Shown one piece after another: positions 22,921 through 34,075 of a DNA stretch of 64,000 bases (its first letter is position 1; each line of letters opens with the position of its first letter). The stretch comes from Lama glama (Eukaryota): contig CM052818.1 in assembly GCA_028534125.1 (NCBI GenBank), positions 47,742,001 through 47,806,000 on the forward strand, in the 5' to 3' direction. Below the pieces are notes generated by a model, which had not been told where the DNA came from, made no database searches, and was given only the letters and a program-made list of their open reading frames with translations. The translations under genes and the position numbers were made by a program.

Positions 22921-25329
22921 AAACCCTGTGGCCCTCTGGGCATCACCGGCGAGGGTGTCTGCTGTTACTGGTAACTCGATATGAATCTTCTATCGCCACT
23001 GGCAGGGGATGCACACCTCTCGAGCCAAGGTGGGTTGGAGAACCGACCTCACCAACTCTTTCCTGCCTCACCATTTCTGCTTTGCCAGCCACAAGCATCG
23101 GGAAGAGGTTTTCCTCTGGGAGTGTGTGCTAGACACTCCCAGAGTGTGGCACCCCGACCCCAGCCTCAGTAGTGTGCACAGTGCCCCCACCGAGGGGCAG
23201 ACACACCCTGGAGACACAGCTGGCTGTCTTGTCAACCAAGGTCACAGAAACATTGTAGTGAGCAACTGAAGTCTCCGGTTAGATGGCTCATGAGCTGGAG
23301 AGGCCAGGAAGTGGGGGTGGGGGGAAACCTAGAAAGGGGAAGAGTTACCAAGGAGTCTGATCCCACGTTCCCACCCCGAGAAAAAGCAATTAACCCACAG
23401 AAGAAACCACCTGGGGCTGCTTCCGCTCGGCCCCGCCCACTGGAAAATTCTTCCAAAAGGAAAAAATCAGCTACAAACATATGAACACTTTCAGTTTAAG
23501 AAGATGGGGCGGTTGAGAGGCGGGGAGTGGACGTCAGAAGTTATGTAACATCCCTCTGGAGGCTGGGGGAGAGTTGTCTCCCCAAGTTTGACAAAGGAAC
23601 AAAGAAATGTGGCAGCACTTCAGACTGTCACCCACTGACGTGCCCACAAGCAAGCGCGTCCCAAACCCCAGCTTGGGATGAAGAGGAGGAGGAGGAGGTG
23701 GGGAGGGGGCGGAAGACCGTGTAAAATTAGCACCTCTCAGCTGCGCGCTGTTGCCCGGGCTTCCAGGATGGTGGGTGGGTTCAGGTGGCTCCAGCCTGAT
23801 TTGCGGTTACTTGCGTAAGGGTGTGGGCCCTGGGGGCAGGAGCGACTCCTCCCCGGGGGGCCCTGGCACAAAGAAATGAGGTTCCTCCTCCAGGGCCCAC
23901 CGCCCACCCGCAACCAGGCCGCAGTCTCCACTGTGCGCAAACCGGTCAGAAAAGACCGGAAAGAAACCTGTGTAAAGTTCAAAAGAAGCAAACCAGGAAT
24001 CTAGAAATGTGTGTTCTGCACTGTCTTTACCTACAGCAGAGAAGCACTGAAGGCTTCATTCAAAGGCAGAGTTGCAGTTAGGACACGGGAAGTTTAATCC
24101 ACACGGTTTAATCCTTGCCGTAAATACGGTCAGAGCGTGGGGAAGCCTTGGGGATCACAGGGTCCAAGCTCTCTTCTGCATACGTCACTCAGGGACAAGC
24201 GACTTCCACAGCCACAGAGTAGGGGGCAGAAACTAACTGGAAGACAGGAACCCCTAATCCCCAGGTCACTGGAGCTGCCCCTGCACCATCCTGAGGTCTG
24301 AGGGCTGTCTGCGTTTAGAATAACGTGTTCACACAGCTGAAATGAGGGGCAGAAGGCATGAAGCCTGCAAGAAAAGGGCCAAGGGAAATCCTCAGTGGCC
24401 CTGACACTGTATCTTGTTCTTAGCCAGACCTGCCTAAGAAAGCACTCTGTTTTTCCATCTTAACCATCACATCACAGGGTTAGCTCCATATGTTAATTTT
24501 GCAACATGCACCATCTTCCTGGCACTGACGCCGAACAAGATCGGACTCTTGTGTATCAGGTGCCAATCAGCCAGACCTGCCCCCCAGCCATCCCCACCCC
24601 TGAGCCGTTCCCACCCCACATCCCCGGCTCACAGCCCCAAAGGAATCAGGCTGACGGGAGAAACCAGACAGCCGGAGGAATATTCAGACTGGTTCACGAT
24701 GCTTCACAGACTCTTGGAAATCGGGGAATTAAGAAAACACTGAACACGGCCCCGCCCTCCCCAGAGGCCCCGCGTGGCTTCCGGGCTACGGGGAACCTCA
24801 AACCAGCTGGAGCTTCTGCAGTGAGGACGGCGGAAAAGGCCCCTGGGAAAACCAGTGACACCGGCGATCAAGTCGAATGAAGTGCTAATTGGTGTTTCTG
24901 TTTTTCTACATTTGCTGGATATTTGACAAAAATATATTTTATTCTTTATATGAAGAAAAACAAGTAAGAAAAATGTGGCGAAAGAGAAAAACGTTTAGGA
25001 AAGTAAGACAGAGCTGAGAGCAATTTTACTGCACAAAATTCAAATCCTCAAGATTTTCGTTTGTTTGTCCTTGTGTTGATTTGTTTAACAAATGTTTTCC
25101 TGCACTAAATTTTGTGCAGACTGTGCTTCAGGGGCAATAAATTAAGCTGAAAACTTTGAACAGGGATAAGGTCTCGAGAGAAAGGCAGGGAGCCCTGCGC
25201 CGCTGGAGAAGTCATTGCGGGGTCCGGAAACTCAGCCCCTGAGGTTACGCAGAAAGGCTCCATCGCCTGACCCCCGGGCCTGGGCGTGGAGAACACACGG
25301 TAGGAACCGGATGGCCCTGGGTCACTCAC

Positions 25330-25900
25330 CCGCAGGGCCTGCCCTGGAGAACTGGGCAGGTGACTCCACCAGTCCAGCCTCAGTTTCCCATCTATACAAT
25401 GAGGATAAGAAGACTTGCATGAATTAACTAAGGCTGCCTTCACCAAGGGCCACAGACTAGCAGCTTGAACAACAGTAATTTGCCCTCTCACACCAGAGGC
25501 CGGAAGTCCAAGGTCAGGGTGGCAGCAGGATTGGTTCCTTCTGCAGCCTCTCTCCTGGGCACATAGACGGCCATCCTCTCCCCTCTATCTCTCCACAACA
25601 CCGTCCCTTTTCATGTGTCTCTGCAAATGTCCCGTTTTGATGAGGACATCCATAATACTGGGTTAGGGTCTACCGTGATGACCTCATGTCAACTTAATTC
25701 CCACTGTAAAGACCCCATCTCCAGACATGTGCAATTCTGAGGTCCTTCCTGGCGGTTAGAGCTGGAACACGTGAATCTGGGGGACAGGGTCCTGCTCCCA
25801 ACAGTCCGTATCTCAGTGTTGCAGTGAGGACTAAATACGTTAACAGATGTGACTCTGCTGAGGGGCCTGCACTCAGTCCGTGCCCTGCGGGGAATGACTG
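25330..25900 (+). mobile_element. MIR SINE split by an MLT1 LTR
   Basis: gcctcagtttcccatctatacaatgaggataaga (to about 25415) resumes after the LTR as ...gtgaggactaaatacgttaacagatgtga. Confidence 0.55.
25416..25803 (-). mobile_element. MaLR solo LTR (MLT1B-like)
   Basis: ctaaggctgcc...cacagactagcagcttgaacaacag...gaggccggaagtccaaggtcaggg...gacctcat...aaagaccccatctcca...attctgaggt is a typical antisense MLT1. Confidence 0.78.
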
Positions 25901-28900
25901 TCACTGTCCTCATCACGCCCGGAGCCCCATCCCTGACGATGTGCTGTCACCAAGGCCGCATCCAAGCCCTGGACCAGAGGCAGGAGGCAGGAGGCCCGAG
26001 GCACACCCCCCTATCCGTCCAACAGGACGAGTCACGCTCTGCCAGCATGACACTTTCTCTGCAGGGGACAGGGCAGCGCTCGGGGAGACAGCCAGGCCAC
26101 CATCACCCTTTCTGATGCTGGAGGAAGATGATTTGTGGAGACGTTGCCAACGGCCCCATCGAGTTCAGAGTGCCTCCGTAGTCCTGAAAAAGAATTAATT
26201 TGCTTTCCTGGACGCTGTGGCTAAATTGATTTCTCAAACACAAATTTACAAGTAAGTCTGGGCGCTATTTTGGATGGTTGGAGAAAACGACCATTTCTGT
26301 CGAGCGTGTTTGTTTCTTGCGATGTGAGCATGCTGACCCGGGCGCGGGAGACGCGTCTCCACCGCCAGGAGCCCTGCTGGTCAACCTGGGGCCCCTCGTT
26401 CCCGCCATTGCCGCAGGACACACTTCAGCTCCTGGGCTGGGCTCGCTCTGCTTTCCCAGAATAAACCACTGGCTGGCTGGCTATGGGGGGGAACAGAACT
26501 GGGCTCAGCCGGGGCTGCCAACCAGGGCGTGCTGCGGCGTCAATTCTGACCTGGCTTCCGCCTTGTGCCCTAAATGCTCACCGTCCTCCTCCTGTGACCA
26601 AAATAAAGTAACAATGTACTTTGCCAGCATATTTTCACTTGTGAGTCATCCTGGAGGGTACTGTCATTCTGTGTTTTCTGATGCAAAGAAGGAAAGCCAG
26701 AAGGCGCTAGAATGTCCCTCTGCCAGCCTTGGTGGGAGTGGCCCAGAGCGGAAGGGACTGGACAAAAGGGCCACAGTCGGGGCTGGCAGGGACCGGCTGG
26801 CGGGGACCGGCCGGCTGCCGACGGTCAGGTCGGAGCATCTGCCCCTGCAGAGCCGTCCCGGTGCACACCAGCCTGTCTTCACAGGAAAGCTCACTTTGCT
26901 CCAAGTCAGAGCACAAAGCGGGCGGGGCAGCAGGGGCAGTGCAGGTGGGGCACACGGCCGAAAGCAGCTGGCAACAAACCCCCAGACTAGGAGTCCCTTC
27001 AAGAGGGAACCACTCCTCTGACTCCATAGATGTGAGCAACTCCTGGCTGGCAGTGACCCATTTCTGAAAAACATCGTGTTTTCCTTGAAATGCTCATAGG
27101 AGCTCTGCCAACACACGGATTCCAAATTCACACAGGTCAGTGCTTTGAGTTTAGAAGTGCATTCATGTCCTTTAATTCATCGGACGCTCTCAGCACACTC
27201 TTGGGTTTCTCCTCGTTCCGCACACAGGAAAACAGAGTCTATGGAAGCATCTCAACTTGACTTCCCCAGAAGCAGAAGCAGTTTACCTGGGACGTGATCC
27301 CGGAGACAAATGTAGACGTGCACAGTGAGGCAGGCGAGGAAAGGCAGCCAGTTCAGGACTTGACCTCAAGCAGTCGCCGCTGTGGTGAGCGAGAGCTGAA
27401 TCCCCAGGGGAGGTGGGGAGCCACAGTCACACCCGGTCGTCACCCCATCCTAGAAGCAGGCACTGGGCAGCTGTCTCCCTTCTGTCACCCATCGGCCGGG
27501 AGGTGGGGGCTCAAGTCCACACCTGCAGCCTCCAGGCAGGTCAGGCCGGGGGCTCCTCGGAGGAGGTTCTCAGGCAGGGAGGTGCAGGTGCCCGCGGCTG
27601 GGTGCTGGGCACTGCAGGGGGTGGGGGCAGGGACGGGCCACCACAGTCACAGCAGACCCGGTCTCCGTGCCCACACTGCAGCTCTTTGGGAAGATTTCCT
27701 GGGGCAGGTGACACACGAGCAGTATCCTTCTGTACATGAGGAATTACATGTTTCAGGTAACATTTTCAAAGCTTGATTTGGGGTAATTTGTCAGATAAAT
27801 TAGACTCTAATTGGAGGCAGAACAACCTAAACGCACAGAGATGGGTTAGAACTGATTATAATACACGGATGAATAGATGGGAACCTGCATCCAGGGAGTG
27901 ATGATGGGAAAATGATGAAGGAGCAAAGGATGGGTGGGACGTCAGGGAGGGAAGACGCCGCAGGAGTGCAGGGAAGGATATGGGGGGAGACAGAGAAGTT
28001 TCCCCCTTATGCCCCTCACAGGTCCTGAAGAAACCAGTGACACAGAAGTCAAGAAAGCAGGGGATTTGGGAACAAGAGTCCATGCAGGGCAGAAGCACGG
28101 ACGCTCCCAGGATAGAACGGCTCCCAGGCGGACGCACCCGGGAGGTGGAACCCAGGTCTGGCAACGGGGAAGTGGGCAAATCACATACCGACCTGGGTAC
28201 CCACAGCCCAGGGATCTCCTGACACGCAGAACCTTGCCCAGCGGCCGTAACTGCCGACTTCCGACCTGTCCTGCTCACAGAACAACCTCCCCCCGACTGT
28301 TCCACTAGACAGACTTGGGGTTCTTCAGATCAGCTCAAAATAGCTTCCCGACCGCTCACCCTCACAGATCAATATTTACTGTCCTCCCCAAATGCAGCTA
28401 CTATTAGCCTGTACCCCAAAATATTCTTTTTATAACAGGCTTTCTTGGGATATTTTGGTGATGGGGGATTCCTCCAGTGGCAATTTACCCTTCTCCCAAA
28501 AAAACAAACCTCAGAGCACAGTCTTTCCAGGCTCTGGGAAGACCAAGCCCGCCGCCGTGGGGTGGTTTGGATGCTGCACCCCAGCCGGAAAGCGAAGCAG
28601 ACGCCCAACATTGAGAGGACAGCCCCGATGCAAAACTGTTCCGGAGCTTTTCTGGCCAGTTTGTCTCGAGTAGACTCAATTAAATCACCTCTTTTCGTGC
28701 TAACTCTGTGGGTTAAGACACGAGGCAAACTCATGCCTCACAAGACCGGGCACAACTGCTTGCAGAGTGAGGACGTCCCTGATGCTGAACAAAGACGGGC
28801 TTTGGTTTTGGGGGAGGTTCCTTTTTCCTTCTCTTTTCTTTCCCCCTACCATTTTTTTCTTTAAAGTAACACTACACTTTTAACTCTCTCAAAACTAAAA

Positions 28901-28928
28901 TGCAAATCCTGTTTAAAAACTGGAAACA

Positions 28929-29153
28929 TTAGTATCCACACACCCTGAACTCCCAATTTGTATACAAAACAGTTGAACAACAAGGTCCCACTGTATAGCA
29001 CAGGGAACTCTACTCAATACTTCATAATGGCTTTTAATGAAAAAGAATCTGAAAAAGAACATATATACTTATTTATGGAGAACTGAGTCACGATGCTGTG
29101 CACCAAAAACTAACACAACATTTTAAACTGATTATACTTCAATCAAAAAAAAA
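28929..29153 (+). mobile_element. Short L1 3' end with a 5' inversion
   Basis: 28960-29153 is a sense L1 3' UTR end. 28929-28959 is the reverse complement of the L1 segment just upstream of it. TSD-like aaaaa(c/a)tggaaac on both sides. Confidence 0.85.
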
Positions 29154-30419
29154 TGGAAACGTAATCAATGAAAACCCCAATAAACACATACACCATTGGT
29201 TTAAACAGAAACTTCCTTCTATGTTACACAATTACTTACAAAAAAAAAATGCTGTGCTCATTTCACTAGTTGCCTGGAAATGTTAGGGAAATGGCTTCAT
29301 CTGTGAACCCCGAGGAGGGAATCCTACCACATTTTTCAAGAACTGGTGTCCCTGGCCTGTCAGCTCTGCACGTCTGTGCAGTCCCTGCACACGGAGCAGA
29401 TATCCGAGCTCACATGTTACCTCCTTGTCCTAGACTTCGGGAGGTTCTCTCTCTATAAGACACTGGTCCCCAGAACTTTATAAAGGCCCTAACTGTACAG
29501 ACCTTTCTATAACTGAGACAAAACTAACCTCTAGGGGGGCTGCCAGCACACAGCCCAGGGCCCGAAGCACTCTTGGCAGGTGCGGGAAGGGGCGGGGATG
29601 GCCAGCTGGGAGCCCAGCACGACCCCTCTGAGGACCTCAGCCTCCCCAGCAGAACCAGGAAACCTGCCATGCCGCCGCCTCAGACAGATCCTCCTTCACA
29701 GCCAAGGGCACATCCTCTCTTCCCACCGGCCTGTCCACAGCCCACTTGTCCGCACGGTTGACCTATCTCTTGCATCATCCTCACAACAGCCCAGCCAGCT
29801 AAGGCGAGGGAGACATTTCCCACCTGGGCGCCCCTGTCCGCATCCAGGTCCACACCAGCGCCCCACATAAACACGCACGCGGGCTGCAGGCCCCATTTTA
29901 TGCAGAAATCCCTCTTTGCTACCTCATCTCCTTGCTGCCGCCTTGATCTCAAACCACAAGCTTTGTTTCGAAGGAGGAGGATTCGGGCTAGAAGCCAGTG
30001 CGCTCCCCTGCCCCTGTTTTTCGCTTGTCTTTTGAATCCCTGCTACTCCCACAATGGTCCTTCTTTAACCTCCCCGCTCAAAAGAGAAAACTGAGCCCCT
30101 TCATCAGTTCTTCTGCAGCTCTGCCTCCAGCTGAAGATGGGCCAGTCGGTGAGCGAGGAAGATCCTTGACTAGACGAACCATGTCCCAGCGCAGCTGCCA
30201 GTGATCCTCCTTCAGCGCAAAGCCGCGTTCCTGCGTGCAGACCGGGCGCCTCCACCGTCCTCTCAGGGGAGGATGCTCTGGACCAGGGACTGAATTACCT
30301 GCATCTCAGTGACCCCAGTTCCTCATCCAATGACTGCACATCAAGGCCACCTGAGCCAGAAGCTCTGAGTCTTATCCACAAATGTGTCATTAACCTGCTG
30401 GAAGATGTACTCATCAATT

Positions 30420-30488
30420 GGAAGGAAAGAAGGAGAGAAAGAAAGAGAGAGAAAGAGGGAGGGAGGAAGGGAGGGAGAGAAAAGGGGG
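30420..30488 (+). repeat. Polypurine (GA/GGGA-rich) low-complexity tract
   Basis: About 68 bp of only G and A. Confidence 0.85.
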
Positions 30489-31469
30489 TTATTGAAACCA
30501 CGCGGTTTATCTGGTCCTTGTCTCTTGCAAAGTTCTCTCATTCTGTTACTTTCTTTTCAGATGTGGGGCTCAGGCAGATGACACCCAAGTGGACATCACA
30601 TTTGACTCCACAGATTCACTCCGAGAAAGGGAATGAGGCAAGACAGGGGTTGGACCCAGGAGAACGAGGCACCGAGGGGCGGTGTGACAAGTGGAGGAGG
30701 GCGGAGGGGGCGCGGGACGGCCGCAGGACTCAGTCTGGGAAGTTGACGGAGCCAGCGCGGGGAGTTTACCTGATCCGAATGTGCTGCTGGTTAACTATGG
30801 GCGCCCTCAGCACTGAGTGGAAATTCTTTTCTCTCTAAAATGCACAGGCAGAGTTCAACTCAAAGACGCCTGGCTTGGCCAGTGAGGGTGGAAACACGCT
30901 TGCCCAGAAGTCAGGCTTGCAGAGTCAGGCATTTCACGTGTTGTTATCCGAGAACTGGTGATGCTGCCCTGATCCCGTCTCCCCACACCCCAGGGCCTCT
31001 CTGTGGGAGATGCAGTTCAGAAAAAAATGTCCCCCCAGCCCTCCAACACGGGAAGCTGGGTCTCACGAACCAATCTGCTACTCCCCGACTTGCAAGCCTG
31101 CGTGCAGGCCACATATAGCTCTTCCCGGCCCTCTGCTTCTCTGGGCTAAGCATGCTTCCCTAATCCATCATCTTCTAGAATCACCATGACGATCATGTGG
31201 TCTCCCCTCCATGGCCAACCCTGCCACAGTCAAAGACCCCAAGGGTCACACTGACCTCGGGACGGCACAAAGCATAGAGAGGGCAAAGGGCAGAGGGCAG
31301 TCTGGTCATGAACTGAGGACCTCCTGTGTGTGAGGGTCAGTGCTGGGCACCAGGTGGGACAGCGCTGGTCTCAGGAAGTTCACGAGGATGCAGGTGATAA
31401 AGCCAGACCAGTGCCCAAATAACCACACAAAGCAGCAGGGGAAGTGGGACGTCTTGCTGGTTGCCCAGT

Positions 31470-31650
31470 AACTCCCAGGCGCTTTGCCTGTTTACACTGA
31501 TTCAGCCATCAGCACAGTCCAGCGCAGTCTTTGTTACCCTGACTTTGCACGTGAGGAAACCGATCGTCAGAAAGTTACAGAGCTCTCATAAAATCTTACG
31601 GTGCTTAGTAAACGACGGGGAGGTGCCCACACGCCAATCAGACCCCGGGG
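31470..31650 (-). mobile_element. MIR SINE remnant
   Basis: ccaggcgctttgcctgtttacactgattcagcc...gcacgtgaggaaaccga resembles antisense MIR. Confidence 0.45.
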
Positions 31651-32879
31651 CTAATGCTGCCTCCACAGCAGCGCCCGCCGCCGGGACCTCCCGGAGGAGA
31701 CACGGCATTTCTGGGTGAACTCATCGTAAAGCTTCACGGAAGAGGCGCTGTGTGTGCCGGGCTGTAGGGCTGGTAGGACGCTGCTGTGTGAGAGGAAAGA
31801 GAGGCCAGGAGGGCCAGGCAGTGATGGAAAGTCACAAACCACGTGCTGGAAATGGAAGCACAACTCTGCCGGAGCCCCCCTGCGGTCAGATCCCCCTCAG
31901 GCGAGTCCCCGTTTCTTAGTGTCTCACGTCTCTTGAAACAAAATATCAATGATGTCTTTATCAGGCTCAGCTCATCTCTCCAAACGCACAGAAATCTCTG
32001 CAAAGCTACATCTACGTCAAAAACCTTTGGATCCCAGAAGCTCTGCTCACAGAGTGTAGTCGACACTCGATGCAAATCTTAGCTGGACAGACCGTGTTTT
32101 GAGACACAGAGTGTACTTTTACACGAACGCAGCCGCAAAAATAAAATGCCTCCACCCCTGAGAAAGTAACTTGTTTGTTCCTGGTCAGATCTGTGCTGCC
32201 CATTATCACTTTAACATCTGAGAACAACTAAAGAAATAAAACGTAATCTAAATACAAATCAAAAATACCTATGAAGCAGCCGACCTTTTTTGCAATGCAG
32301 TAAGAGGCAGTGAGAAACCCACGGACTGATTTAACATCACGCTTAAACAAGAGAAAAGCATGTCATTGTTTCTTTTCCAGTTGCAAAAGCACCGCTTGAT
32401 GTTGCAAAGGAGAAAATACAAGAAAGGGCATAAAGAAGACAAACGATAAAGCCACAAGCCAAGAGAGACATCAAAGGGGGCTGGGTTTATTTCAAACACT
32501 TAAGCCGGTTGTTTTAAAGCTTTCTCCAGTAACGCACACACACACACCCCCAAAACGGGCGTCACACTGACCAGTGACGACACACAATCCCTTCACTGCC
32601 AAGTTCAGAATAATAGGCAGACAGAACTTTCTTCTGTTCTTCCTTTCACGCTGAAGGAAGAAAACAAACCACTTGTGAATGTGAACCCAGCAGAGTTCCC
32701 GACACCCCGCCTGCAACATACGCACCCGCCCAGGGGACGGGAGTAAGTGCACACTCAGCCGCGTGCCAGGGCCCCGAGGGTTTCGACAGACACGAGCACC
32801 AGCACCTGCTCCTTTTATAGATGAGGAAGCTGAGGGCCGGTGAGAGGAAATAAACACCAGGCAGCGGGCAAGGGGACGG

Positions 32880-34075
32880 CCCCTCTCATTGGCAGCGACA
32901 TGGATGCACCTAGAGACGGTTACACTGAGTGACGCAAGTCAAGTGGAGAGACAGATACCATGTGATATCACTTACAGGTGAAATCTAAAAAAAAAATTGA
33001 TACACATGAACTTATTTGCAAAACAGAAACAGACTCATAGAAAACACACTTATGTTTCCAAAAGGAAAAGAAAGGGAAGGGATAAATTAGGAGTTTGGGA
33101 TTAGCAAATACAAACTACTATATAATAAAATAAATAAACAGAAAGGTCCTGCTGCAGAGCTCAGGGGACTGTATTCAATACCTTGTCATTCAAAAGTCCA
33201 CAAATGACAAGTGCTGGAGAGGCTGTGGGGAAAAGAGAACCCTCCTACACTGCTGGTGGGAATGCAGTTTGGTGCAGCCACTGTGGAAAACCGTATGGAG
33301 GTTCCTCAAAAGACTAGGAAGAGACTCACCATATGACCCAGGAATCCCGTTCCTGGGCATATACCCAGAAGGAACCCTACTTCAAAATGACACCTGCATC
33401 CCAATGTTCATAGCAGCACTATTTACAATAGCCAAGACATGGAGACAGCCTCAATGTCCATCAACAGATGACTGGATAAAGAAGATGTGGTATATTTATA
33501 CAATGGAATACTACTCAGCCATAAAAACCGACAACATAACACCATTCGCAGCAACACGGATGCTCCTGGAGAATGTCATTCTAAGTGAAGTAAGCCAGAA
33601 AGAGAAAGAAAAATACCATATGAGATTGCTTACATGTGGAAACCCCCCCCAAAAAAAGAACATAAATACAAAACAGAGACAGACTCATAGACATAGAATA
33701 CAAACTTGTGGTTCCCAAGGGGGAGAAGGGTGGGAAGGGACAGACTGGGATTTCAAAATCTGTAGATACTGACAGGCATATGCAGAATAGATAAACGAGA
33801 TTATACTGCGTAGCACAGGGAAATATATACAAGATCTTGTGGTGGCTCACAGCGAAAAAAAAGTGACAATGAATATATATGTAGGTTCATGTATAACTGA
33901 AAAATTGTGCTGTACACTGGAATTTGACACATTGTAAAATGACTAAACTCAATAAAAAAAGTTAAAAAAATACCTTATCACAACCTATAATGAAGAATAT
34001 ATATATATGTGTGTGTGTATAACTGAATCACTGAAACTAACACAACTTGTAAAGTCAACTCTACTTGTATCAGAA
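32880..34075 (+). mobile_element. Older L1 3' end interrupted by a younger L1
   Basis: catggatgcacctagaga...gataaattaggagtttgggattagcaaatac...gtattcaatacctt is broken at 33188 and resumes at 33969 (...tataactgaatcactgaaactaacacaac). Confidence 0.85.
33189..33968 (+). mobile_element. Younger 5'-truncated L1 nested in the older L1
   Basis: Open ORF2p C-terminal frame 33269-33772 ([13 protein letters not shown]...PMFIAALFTIAKTW...WYIYTMEYYSAIK...ILSEVSQKEK). TSD aataccttgtca (33177-33188) / aataccttatca (33969-33980). Confidence 0.93.

Noticed and set aside
26278..27021. 247-aa ORF
   Set aside because: No recognisable domain. GC-rich DNA has overlapping open frames on both strands, as expected by chance.
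33269..33772. 167-aa ORF as a host gene or domesticated protein
   Set aside because: It is the ORF2p C-terminus of a 5'-truncated L1 with no promoter and no true start codon.
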